From Octopus bimaculoides (lineage: Eukaryota): DNA of 64,000 nucleotides. The DNA is taken from contig NC_068990.1 in the NCBI RefSeq assembly GCF_001194135.2, positions 87,615,086-87,679,085 of the forward strand. The letters run 5' to 3'. The notes under the pieces were generated by a model that had not been told where the DNA came from, made no database searches, and saw only the letters and a program-made list of their open reading frames with translations. The translations under genes were made by a program, and so were the position numbers. Positions 52,905 to 64,000 of the stretch are shown one piece after another. The stretch's first letter is position 1, and each line of letters starts with the position of its first letter.

Positions 52905-53749
52905 AGATTTTGTTTAACTGGCATGACCCATTAAAATCTACCCATTCAGATTGTACTCATTATAATTTCATAATATCCTTTAGCCCTAGTTATTCGGCGA
53001 CTTTTCAAATCTAATAATCTAACAGTATTCTCTCTCAGTTCCATAAAACCCCCAACAGGATGACTTCTAAACCTACTGTTTTTACGTATACATTTTCTCA
53101 AATTGCCTCACTAACATAAAAAAAAACGTGATTTTACAAAAAATGCTTTTTACATCCATCCTTCTGGACATCATACGAACTATAAGAATTATCTGCACGA
53201 ACATTAATTGGTACGATTGTAACTAATTGATTTCTTGACTGTTTTCAATATATGTGTTTGTGTATGTATATATTTATTCATACTTCATAGTTCTTTTGAT
53301 CTACTCGTTCATGTTGTGTTCGTTAGGTTTTCATTTGAATAATTTCCCCTAAAGATAATTACTTAGCTAATTGCTAAAGCTAGTATCCTATAATCATCCG
53401 TTCTACACAGACTCGGCACTATAAAGAATTCCTCTTGATCCAGTTTCTATGTACACAAGTTCTTTTTCTCCAACATTACGTTACCTGATGCTGTTTTTAA
53501 TTAAGTTTATTAATATTTTCAACTGAAGCGTAACTTTTTCATTTATCATTTTAATTTTCATTCTGTGCTGTGCAACGCACTGGAACGTCCTTGGATGGCT
53601 TCATTAATTTATTAATTTTTCTATAGGAATATGTTGCTAACCCTTCATTTCTATATTTCTGGAGAAATGGACGCTGTGAGTGATCTTTAGGGTCACTTAT
53701 CACAGCGCAATATATTCAGTTTAGAGAAATAGGCAGAAAGGGAGAAGAG

Positions 53750-53880
53750 TCGGCCGCAATATTTAACTAGTACCAGTTTATCGACTCTGTAAGGGCAAAA
53801 GGCAAAGATGACCCCGGTTGGACTTGAAATCGAACAGTGCAAAACATCCTATCTTACTGCATAACGACGCTGTCAACCGT
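53750..53880 (-). mobile_element. SINE family B, highly diverged
   Basis: TTTATCGACTC...AAAAGGCAAAG.TGACC.CGG...CTTGAA. Confidence 0.45.
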
Positions 53881-54277
53881 CAGTCTACTTTTAAACTGTT
53901 TTGATTGCTAAGATTTTAGTTCTGTTAATCATTTTCATAGAACTAGTAAACACAATCATATAGCTGCTTCTAGCTTACCTTTCCTCATTCTTGTTCATTT
54001 ATTACTTTGGTGAAAAAAATCATTTGCTACAAGCTACGTTGATTTAAACGAGTGACTTCCTTGTTACAAACATGAAGGAATTTGTAATTATTCTTAAATC
54101 ATAATTACATTTATAATGCATTTTGTAAAGTATTCATAATTTTCCTTACTTTTGTTGTTATTCTTTGTCTAGCCTTTCTTATTTCATTTACAATTAACGT
54201 AAATTCCTGTTTGCTTCGCATTATTTGTAATGTTACAAATTACATATATCTACTATAACATCGCAAGATCTTTCTGA

Positions 54278-54501
54278 GTCCGATATCTTTATACATGTTT
54301 CGTTTTTATCAAAGAGCAATGTCCTTTTCAGGATGGGATCGTTCGGCAGAATAGAGATGCATCGTAGATTTACTTAAGGAAATATTCATTTCAGTGTATT
54401 CCGGCGTCTATCGTGACGTTTCCAGTAATACTAGTTGACATATAGTAGACACATGCAGGAAGGACATGAACCAAACTTTCAGCCCTTTAGGGCGAAAATC
54501 A
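54278..54501 (+). repeat. 224-bp direct repeat, copy 2
   Basis: Offset 1597 bp from copy 1. Confidence 0.95.
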
Positions 54502-55559
54502 TTATAGCGACTAGTATGTACCACCCTGTACTCAATTTTTTATACGTCTTCTTAACCTTAGCACCAACCAATACAAACGTTATAAGAAACTCAAGCAGGA
54601 TTGTATTATCTGCTCATAATCTTTAAGAACCTATTTATTCAAGAATAATTACAGAAAAAAAATCGAACCTGTCTATAATTGAACATCTTTTCTATAAGAT
54701 ATATTTTATTATAAGGAAGCTCTGAAGGCCAATGAATTTACGGAAAAGCTGACCACTTCCCGAAAATAAAGTACGTAAATGGAAACTACACTATTTTTAG
54801 ACCTTACACATAAACACAAACTCGATAACTCGGACAGCCAAATACATGTACGTACACAGCCCACCCCTCACGTAATATGTATATACATGTGTCTGCGTGT
54901 GTATACATTTATACATAATATACGCATATAGCTAGATATACATATGTACATATATGATTCATGCATAGACATATTAATATATAAACATATACGCATACAC
55001 TTATATCATATGCACAAGCGTGTATGCATATATATGCCCTCATGCATATGTGTATGTATGTAAGCCACAAATGATGTTAATAGCTTGTTTTTGGTGGGGG
55101 GAGTTCTCTCAAAAACACATGTACCCCGGGCTTGGATATGTTAACACTTGCCTCTGTAGAACTCGATGTTCATTACGAAACTCTTAAGTCTATTTTAAAT
55201 AGTTTTTCTGATCCATTTACAAATTGTATCTATAACGTGCGTATTATTCAGTCTTTCTTTTTTTTTTTTTGCTCCAATTCTTAGCCAAATCTTTTTTTGC
55301 CCCATATCTCTATGATATTTACCCACTCAAACAAGTGCACCAAATTATTGGTGTAAATGTGAATTTATAATAAAGAGAGAAGAGCAGTAGGTTTCGAAGC
55401 AGCTATCGCTATATACTCTCTTTCTCGCTGTTTCTGACAGTGATGTTCACATTTTCAGTGCAGCTAACCCCAGTGATTATAGATGATCTAAAAAAAAATT
55501 TTTTAATCCGAAATATCTTTACCAGAACTATTATATTTGCACTTGATATAAGTTTTGAT

Positions 55560-55990
55560 AGGAATATTCTGCCTACATTCTTTGTGTTATATTTTCAATA
55601 GCAGAGGTCTTGTTTATATTTATCACAGAGTAATCTTTTCTTGAGATGGAATTTATCTAGCTTTAACAATGACATCATGCCGATGACATTTTGAGGCAAC
55701 TGCTGGAGAAGACAATATAAGCGATATTTGAAATTGTATCTTCGGTAGTTTAAGGGCTTCACTGTCTGGTGTGTTCTTTAGATATTTAACAGCTATTTCC
55801 TACCCTTGGATTGCAAAAGCGTAATCTTCAAGGTGTGACGTGATGTAACGGTCTAAGAGAGACTACATTTCATGCTAATATTATTCTCCTCCTCAGCTTT
55901 ACTGGAAACATCTATGCATAACATTTTTGTGATATACAGAATGTTTCACTTCCAAATCTTTCCTAAGATACATAAGGTACATTAGTGCTG
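55560..55990 (-). mobile_element. Degraded RLE-LINE C-terminal (zinc-knuckle region) relic
   Basis: Minus-strand fragments LDRYITSHLEDYAFAIQG*EIAVKYL, SSSCLKMSS and RHDVIVK resemble the AIQEQ...CCHC...RHD region of R4-like elements. Confidence 0.6.
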
Positions 55991-56059
55991 CACTTCTGCG
56001 TTCACACGGGATGTCATCAAGTGAAGATTTCTTGAGGTTTGGTGCATTTAATTTTTCTG

Positions 56060-56088
56060 CCAGGAACGTTTCAGCACCCCTCGTATAA
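56060..56088 (-). mobile_element. Solo mariner-type terminal inverted repeat fragment
   Basis: Minus strand reads TATACGAGGGGTGCTGAAACGTTCCTGGC, a mariner-like TA+CGAGGG end. No partner end was found. Confidence 0.35.
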
Positions 56089-56974
56089 ATTAACGTGATT
56101 TAAGCTTAAAACCTAAAGCGCTATGAACTAAATACCAGGGGTGCAATTTATCCGACGATGCCTCAAGGATTCTGTTGGCTCTCTGCCTTACATCCGTGAC
56201 ATACCTCATTCAAACTATACCGTTATCATGAACTATTTTGTATAATCTTTTCTCTTTAATTATTTTTTATATGAATTCTTGTAATACTTAGAAATATTTA
56301 TCACATAGCATTATTTATGAATCCATGAAATATTGGAAGGGAAATATCTCTTTTGTTTTATATCGACAATATTTCTTCGTTCGAATATCTAGGACGGAAA
56401 TGTCGCTTCCTACAATGTTGGCTGATCTGAATAATATCAATATTATCTTCAATTAGGTTGCGTGGGATGGTTATTATTCAACGACGTGATTGGCCTCCCA
56501 ATATGTGTAGGAGTACACATAAATGTGTGTTTATGTGTGAGTATTTGTGTGTCACTGTATGTGTGAGACTACGTGTGAACGTGTTTATGTGTCTTATCTA
56601 AATGTGTATGTGTTTTAGGCGTGTGTGGTGCAATAGAAAACCCAAGACTTTGTGTAAACAACACACTGTGATGGCGGTTAAAAAGATAAGATAAAAGAAA
56701 CATGAACAGAGATTCGCTTCTATTGTCAACCGTGACGCTCAACCGCATATTACGGATATCTCCCACTTTTTAACTTTTTTTATTGTAATTTTTGCTGCTT
56801 TTTAAAGTCCGGGTGTTTGTGTTCGTAAGGAGAATGTCTGATGTTTGTGGCGATAAATACAACCGTGGAAAAGTGTAAGTAGATATAGAGAATATAGAGA
56901 TTAAAGTCATAGGAAGTAAAAAGAGAAACTAAAAACGCATTGTAAGAAAAATTCCTTAAGAATATATATACCTA

Positions 56975-57860
56975 CGGATTAGTGTTGGGACAACCGCATT
57001 CGTGGATTTTGGAAACACTCGACAATTGTGGAGTAGCTGAGAACGTGTGTGCACTCATTAAGAACAGCATACCTAGTTGGAAAACACGTCTTTCTTGTGG
57101 CAGCCAGCACTTAGCCGAGGTTACAATCAAAAGAGGTATCTTCCACGGAGACTCTTGTTCACCTTTCTTAGTTGTTGTAGCCTTGATCCCACTTTCTGTA
57201 GTCCTACGCGGAGGAAGAATGTACCTCGTTTCAACCACCTTCTCTTCATGGACGATTTAAAACTGTTCGCAAAAACAGATCCTGAAATGGAGAGGTTGGT
57301 TGACACTGTGCAGATGTGCAGCAAGGATATAGGGATGGAATTCGGTATCTCAAAGTGTGTGGTGCTCACTTTGAAAAGGAGGAAAAGAGCTGATTGTAGG
57401 GGCATCGAATTGCCGAACGGAGAGTGAATGGAAGACCCAGATGATGATGGGCACAAGTTCCTTGGGATCTTGGAGTTGGACAATATCTTGCACAGAAAAA
57501 TGAAAAACAAAGTCATCACTGCATATTTGAAGCGCCTCAAACTTCTCTTGAAACCAAAACTCAACACAAGGAACCTTCTGACTGCCATCAACATATGGAC
57601 TGTTGCTGCAGCCCGCTGTAGTGCACCCATCCTGAAATGGCCACTAGCGGAGATTAACCAACTCGATCGCACCACCCCAAAAGCAATGGCAGTGCATGGT
57701 ACCCTCCAGCCTATAGCCAATGTACACAGTCTCTACATGAAGAGGGGTAAAGGTGGACGTGGGCTGATTAGCGTATGGAAGTGCATCAACAATGAAAGAA
57801 AAAAACATGGCAGAATATTTGCTACAGTACAGACCTGCTAATGCAGAAGGATTTACCAAA
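56975..57860 (+). mobile_element. R4/Dong-clade non-LTR retrotransposon reverse transcriptase relic
   Basis: Three consecutive frames give PHSWI..., RGIFHGDSCSP, NHLLFMDDLKLF, DIGMEFGISKC, KFLGILE, LDRTTPK and SLYMKRGKGGRGL. One frameshift near 57220 and a stop at 57425. These are RT and thumb motifs typical of R4/Dong RLE-type LINEs. Confidence 0.9.
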
Positions 57861-57901
57861 AATGGACTTTTCCAACAGTTTAATCTGTTGTGCGAATATG
57901 A

Positions 57902-57933
<32 letters not shown>

Positions 57934-59694
57934 CAATAATAATAATAATAGTGGTAGTGATGAGAATTATTATTTATAAAATGCTGATATGTATTTGATA
58001 GTCATAAGAATAAGTTTAATTTTTTCGAAAAATAAACACTTTTGTGATTCGTTTAATTACTACATGCAATCGCATGCACACACTCACACCCACACCCACA
58101 TTTACTAGTGTGAGTGTGTATAAATGCATATATGTGTGTGTTTATCTGGGTATATTTGTGTATTTATTTGGGTATGCGTGTGTTTGTGTGGATATGTGTA
58201 TCTAGGTATGTGTGTTCCAATATTTCCGAATAGATGTTAATTATTTGCACTGAGATGAAAGTAAAATAAACAACAACAAAAGTGACGGATTGAATTGTCA
58301 TAACATGTGTGTGTGTGTGTGTGTGTGTGTGATTGTGTGCGTGTGTATGTGTGCTTCCATTCCATTATTCATGGAATTCACCATTTGTTATCCATAAAAT
58401 GCAGCTACAATATGGAAATGAGTGTCTCATATGCTGTATAAATATATTAATAACCATTAACGTTTGTTAGCTACAAACGACAGTCGTAGCTGTGTTTTTC
58501 ATGAATACTTTATCCAAGCAATTTTCTCATTTCATGTCTCGTTCAAGGGTAATAGAGACATCGTGTTGATTTTGATATCGTCAAGGAGAATCTCTGAAAG
58601 TGCGTAGGTGAGGAGACTGGCTAGTGGCGGAGACGGTAATGGTTCGGAGAAGGGAGGAGGGAAGTTTTGCATCAGAAAGAGTTAATTCAATGAAGAGGAA
58701 AAGAGAGAATGAAGAAGAGGACTGATAAAAGGATGAGAACAAAGAAACAAAGGAGAGTAAGGGGAAATAGTGTAAGGTTTATGGTGTTTGTTGACCAGTG
58801 TTGAATATGGCCTCGACCTAGAGTATCATAAAGAATAATACTGTTTGTGCTGTAACCATCTGTGGTTGATCAATACGATACGTTGCTGTTTAGACTTTAC
58901 AGCATCATGAAAGGCGATGACAACTATTTCTATATAGAGAGTAACCCTGCCTTCCAGCTTGAAACAACAACCAAATATCCCTTATATCACACGTTCCATT
59001 CTTCAAAAAGGTAAGGAAATAATAATGTATCTGTTATATAAAATTAACAAAATAGCCAAGGCCGGAATTCATTGGATTATAGACCTACTTAATTAAGCCT
59101 TTCTCGGGTTAAACAGCACTAACAACACTAACAACAACGACAATTGATATTGATACTGTGATTAGTTGAGTACTAGAAATAACAGCTAAATCTCCCAAGA
59201 TTTATGTTATGATAAAAATAAAGAACAGACCGGTCATAGTTGGAATGGCTTCCATCAGTGTTAATCTAGGGCCAAACACCTCAAACTACCTCTATTACAG
59301 AATATTCAATATGGATGGTAATGGACCAAATATCATTCTGAGTGTCTGATTATATACGAAAGAGCGGTCTCAAGAAATGTAATTGCCAATATTAGTGAAG
59401 TACATATTCAGTGTAACGTCAGATTAAACGCAATGATCAGTATTACAAAGGCATATTGTAATACTGATCGTTGTAATACTGTAATACTGGCCGTGGCTTC
59501 AAAAATAGAATACATTGCGGCCAAAACAACAATGATATTGAGAAGCAGAGAAGAAACAACGAAAGCAGAATATTGCAAGATATGATCGTCCTTGTAATTT
59601 AAATGTTCGTTCCAGTGTTTCCAAGCAAGCTACTTACCACACAGCCACTCCTACATATATAAAATAATAAATAAATACGCCCTTTTTAAAGCCT

Positions 59695-59930
59695 AGCCAG
59701 GCTCATGGGCCCGGTTTCCCGGTTTCAAGGGCGTATGTGTTCCCCAGATGGACGGGACGCCAGTCCATCGGAGCGTTACTCATGTTTGCCAGCTGAGTGG
59801 ACTGGAGCAACGTGAAATGAAGTGTTTTGCTGAAAAACACAACGCGTCACCCCGTCCAGGAATCGAAACCACAATCTTACGACCATGGTGCTGACACCCT
59901 AACCACTAAGTCACGCGCCTCCACACGCCT
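59695..59930 (-). mobile_element. SINE family C, alternative tail
   Basis: Shares GACT(G)GAGCAACGTGAAAT.AAGTGT.TTGCT...GGAATCGAAAC...CCCTAACCACTAA with 33930-34060, but the tail differs. Confidence 0.85.
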
Positions 59931-62320
59931 ATCNNNNNNNNNNNNNNNNNNNNNNNNNNNNNNNNNNNNNNNNNNNNNNNNNNNNNNNNNNNNNNNNNNN
60001 NNNNNNNNNNNNNNNNNNNNNNNNNNNNNNNNNNNNNNNNNNNNNNNNNNNNNNNNNNNNNNNNNNNNNNNNNNNNNNNNNNNNNNNNNNNNNNNNNNNN
60101 NNNNNNNNNNNNNNNNNNNNNNNNNNNNNNNNNNNNNNNNNNNNNNNNNNNNNNNNNNNNNNNNNNNNNNNNNNNNNNNNNNNNNNNNNNNNNNNNNNNN
60201 NNNNNNNNNNNNNNNNNNNNNNNNNNNNNNNNNNNNNNNNNNNNNNNNNNNNNNCAGATAGGGTGATAAATTGAATATTCATTCAATTTAAAACCAAATG
60301 GCTTAGTATATAAAAAAAAATCTAAAAATTCAGAAAAAATTGTACTACACGTGTATAAGGTATGTCCACCTAGTGGTAATCCCTTATACACGTGTGTATA
60401 TATATATATAGATAGATAGATAGATAGATATGTATGTATGTATGTATGTATGTATCTAAACATGTGTGTATACATATATTTCTGTGAGTGAGTGTATGAG
60501 TGGGGGGGGGTACGTGTGCGTGTGTGCGCGTGCGCATGTACAGGCATCATCTTGGTGGATGATTTATCGTCTTTGGAGTTTGGATCATCTTTTGAAGATA
60601 ATCATAATTGGTGACTTTAGCGTGGTGTAATTTCATTCCCTGTTTAGTAAGGTAGGATATTCAAGCATTTTTCCGTGGTTCATAGCAGCAGATTACGGAA
60701 CCATTTACTTACGACGGCGGCAAATCTAGTATTTCTCGTTTTGCATTTTGTCGTCATGCTTATTGTCTTTCACTTTCCATTGTGTTAAGACACGGATGTT
60801 GCCTTTCTTTTGTATGTCTTCTGGAATGTGCAAGTATATGTCATTGAGTCTTTCACTAGTAGCGCTGGTACAATTTTTCAGTTTGTTTATCTTTGATAAC
60901 AGCTGGTTTATAGAATATGTTTGTTTCGACATAACGGGAATGTTATTGTTGTAGTGTGGTTGTATAAGTTTATAATTGTGTATTTGTATGTTCCTCGGTG
61001 TGTTGTTGTTTAATGATTGTATGATGGTTTTTTGTGCCGTAGTAGCTAACTTTCGTATTGTTTTTGCTGAATAATGTGTGATATTTGTTCTTTTGGAAAG
61101 TGTTTGCTGATCACTGCTAGGATACAACGTGCTACATTTGCGGTTAGGTTTAGAGTGGGTTGACTCAGATTGTGTTTGTTTTTCTGTTTTCTTTTTCTCT
61201 GTTCGTTTGAGACGCCTAAGGGATATATAGCGTTTTTTTTTCTCTCTTTTAATCAACTTGCTTTTACAGCTTCATTGTAGAATGATGCCGCTTGAATAAA
61301 TATTTTTTTGTAGACAAAATTGTTGATAATATTCACATTAATATTAATACTCACTGTTTCAAAAGTTTGTATATAAACTTAAATGCAATATCATCACCTT
61401 CATACACACACGTAGAAAGGAGCTTTTATAATGCTTTTCTACTTGCCATTGTGTGTGTGNNNNNNNNNNNNNNNNNNNNNNNNNNNNNNNNNNNNNNNNN
61501 NNNNNNNNNNNNNNNNNNNNNNNNNNNNNNNNNNNNNNNNNNNNNNNNNNNNNNNNNNNNNNNNNNNNNNNNNNNNNNNNNNNNNNNNNNNNNNNNNNNN
61601 NNNNNNNNNNNNNNNNNNNNNNNNNNNNNNNNNNNNNNNNNNNNNNNNNNNNNNNNNNNNNNNNNNNNNNNNNNNNNNNNNNNNNNNNNNNNNNNNNNNN
61701 NNNNNNNNNNNNNNNNNNNNNNNNNNNNNNNNNNNNNNNNNNNNNNNNNNNNNNNNNNNNNNNNNNNNNNNNNNNNNNNNNNNNNNNNNNNNNNNNNNNN
61801 NNNNNNNNNNNNNNNNNNNNNNNNNNNNNNNNNNNNNNNNNNNNNNNNNNNNNNNNNNNNNNNNNNNNNNNNNNNNNNNNNNNNNNNNNNNNNNNNNNNN
61901 NNNNNNNNNNNNNNNNNNNNNNNNNNNNNNNNNNNNNNNNNNNNNNNNNNNNNNNNNNNNNNNNNNNNNNNNNNNNNNNNNNNNNNNNNNNNNNNNNNNN
62001 NNNNNNNNNNNNNNNNNNNNNNNNNNNNNNNNNNNNNNNNNNNNNNNNNNNNNNNNNNNNNNNNNNNNNNNNNNNNNNNNNNNNNNNNNNNNNNNNNNNN
62101 NNNNNNNNNNNNNNNNNNNNNNNNNNNNNNNNNNNNNNNNNNNNNNNNNNNNNNNNNNNNNNNNNNNNNNNNNNNNNNNNNNNNNNNNNNNNNNNNNNNN
62201 NNNNNNNNNNNNNNNNNNNNNNNNNNNNNNNNNNNNNNNNNNNNNNNNNNNNNNNNNNNNNNNNNNNNNNNNNNNNNNNNNNNNNNNNNNNNNNNNNNNN
62301 NNNNNNNNNNNNNNNNNNNN

Positions 62321-62525
62321 AACGAAGGAGGGGGTGACGATGAAGGGAGAGGGAGGAGAGAAGAAGGTGGGTAGGAGTGGAGAGGAAGTACGTGTCAGAG
62401 CAAGAGAGGAGGAGAGGTGGGTGGAAGCGAAGAGAGGAAGTAGGTATGAGAGGAAGAGAGGAGAGAGGAAGAGAGGAGAGAGGAAGAGAGGAGAGCGGAA
62501 GGGAGTTAGATAAAGAGGGGAGGGG
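62321..62525. repeat. Polypurine tract with 3 copies of AGGAAGAGAGGAGAG
   Basis: Seen directly; lies between the last gap and the 3' end of the zinc-finger gene. Confidence 0.85.
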
Positions 62526-62599
62526 AGTTAAGCCCATGTGTATGTATGTATGTGGGGAGGGGCTTGATGTGCGCATAGTCAAATAAATACCTGAAGCAA

Positions 62600-62605
62600 T
62601 TTATT
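62600..62605 (-). promoter_or_regulatory. Candidate polyadenylation signal for the zinc-finger ORF
   Basis: AATAAA on the minus strand about 115 nt after the stop, followed by a GT/T-rich stretch (GGTATTTATTTG). Confidence 0.5.
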
Positions 62606-62718
62606 AAATAACCAAATTGCGTGGCATTGTGCCAAAGCTAGAAACTCTTACCATATTACTCATTTACATATCAAAATCACCTCTCCGTCATAAATCCTTT
62701 GTTAATCTCCTAGTTCCA

Positions 62719-63999
62719 TCAAACTTTACAAGCCACAAGGAATATTTCCATCTCAGTCAACTCTAGAATGCACCAAGATGGAAATATTTCATGAAGCCAA
62801 CTGGTTCCAACTGGTAAGAACATATCTAAGTTACAATGAAGGAATTTAAAAAATTTTTGCAAACTGTGTAGTTGTTCTGAGAGTATCTGTTGATTGAATC
62901 CTTTCTGTTCACAGAGGATGCTGATCAGAGCAGAGAGATTACTTCCAATAACTTTCCCCCAAAAAAAATTACCAAAATCTTCATCTTTTGATAATGTAAG
63001 CAGAAAGTCTCGGATATATCCGGAACGGCTCACTACAGTTTTGCACTGCACACCTCCATTTTGAAACTGAGAACATTCAAATGCATTTATTACTGCCTCC
63101 ATGAAAAATTTGTCAGGTGTTAAAATGATACTTTCAGAAGTTTGTCTAATATATTTAGAGATGTTAGACTCTACAGAGATATTGTGGACCTGAGTAAGAT
63201 GCCATTTCATATGGAACTGTATTGAATGACACAAGGGACATATGCGGCAGCCATACTTCATTTCAGTTTTGTTATAACTGCTCATATCACAATAGAATTT
63301 CTGCTTCCATTTGGGTAATTCTGAATGGGAGTTGCTCAGGTGTGTCTTAATTTGATGAAAAATTGCTTCACAGTAAGGTACAGGACACTTTACTAAACAG
63401 TCTGACTCTGAGAGAATCGTTCTTGATCTTTCTTCAGTTTCAAAACTTTTGCTTGGCGTTTTTTGCGTGCTTGGAGTAGAATATGGTGTTATCAACAGAG
63501 TTTCATTAGTTCTTTCATATCCATTCTGTGAATCAGAGAAATCCAAATCCGTGCCTTCATTTTTAATTGCTGATAGGGATTTAAGTTCATTTTCATCAAA
63601 TAACTGTTTAGAATTATTTAACAATCCGTTAGAAGTTTTTGGATCTGGAGAAGATATTCTTTGAAACTTTGACCTAAAGTGACTATGTTTGGAAGAATTG
63701 GCAGTTAATCCATAAATGCCTTTGTTATTATCTGTTTCTGTTTTCAAATCTAAAATCAAATGTTGATTCATGTTCAAATCTTGTTGCTTAGAAGATTGAG
63801 AATAGTAATAATCAGTTGAGGAGTCCAATATGTATGTATGGGAATCTAATGAATCTAAGCAGCTAGAAAACGTCATCTGCTTCACAATTTCACTATCCAA
63901 ATCAATTTTATAGAAGTTGGAATTTAGATGAAAGTCTTGTTCATATAATGTAATAGCATTTCTCGGGAGTGTCTTGTATGTTACAATTATGTCATCCTT
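62719..63999 (-). CDS. Partial CDS (5' end outside window, or large terminal exon): S/T/N-rich N-terminal region, two atypical C2H2-like zinc fingers and a helical C-terminal domain
   Basis: The 393-aa ORF-track entry continues without a stop to the window edge (I translated 33 more codons: KDDIIVTYKTLPRNAITLYEQDFHLNSNFYKID), giving 426 aa. It has no simple repeats or frameshifts. Motifs CPVPYC-x9-H-x4-H (63325-63387) and CPLC-x9-H-x4-H (63184-63240). TGA at 62719-62721, AATAAA about 115 nt downstream. Confidence 0.8.
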   Translation of the reverse strand, partial: KDDIIVTYKTLPRNAITLYEQDFHLNSNFYKIDLDSEIVKQMTFSSCLDSLDSHTYILDSSTDYYYSQSSKQQDLNMNQHLILDLKTETDNNKGIYGLTANSSKHSHFRSKFQRISSPDPKTSNGLLNNSKQLFDENELKSLSAIKNEGTDLDFSDSQNGYERTNETLLITPYSTPSTQKTPSKSFETEERSRTILSESDCLVKCPVPYCEAIFHQIKTHLSNSHSELPKWKQKFYCDMSSYNKTEMKYGCRICPLCHSIQFHMKWHLTQVHNISVESNISKYIRQTSESIILTPDKFFMEAVINAFECSQFQNGGVQCKTVVSRSGYIRDFLLTLSKDEDFGNFFWGKVIGSNLSALISILCEQKGFNQQILSEQLHSLQKFFKFLHCNLDMFLPVGTSWLHEIFPSWCILELTEMEIFLVACKV

Positions 64000-64000
64000 A

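Overview
AT-rich eukaryotic DNA, very dense in microsatellites, with about 19 assembly gaps (roughly 7.5 kb of N), nearly all next to simple repeats. The repeat content (tRNA-derived SINE families, R4/Dong-type and CR1-type LINE relics, Penelope-like and mariner relics) looks like a coleoid cephalopod, probably an Octopus draft assembly; this is inferred from recalled repeat families, not searched. Almost all ORF-track entries are microsatellite or N-run artefacts. The one convincing host-gene candidate is a minus-strand reading frame of at least 426 aa, open at the right window edge (62719-63999). It has two short atypical C2H2-like fingers and a helical C-terminus resembling the core-binding (SAM-like) domain of tyrosine recombinases, followed by a stop and AATAAA, so it may be a domesticated recombinase-element gene. 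Other notable structures: a 5'-truncated RLE-LINE sitting inside a (TACA)n tract, a mariner MITE with an inverted catalytic fragment, a 224-bp near-perfect direct repeat pair, and several inverted or fold-back SINE arrangements. No rRNA, true tRNA gene or CRISPR array was seen. Relic and SINE boundaries are approximate.
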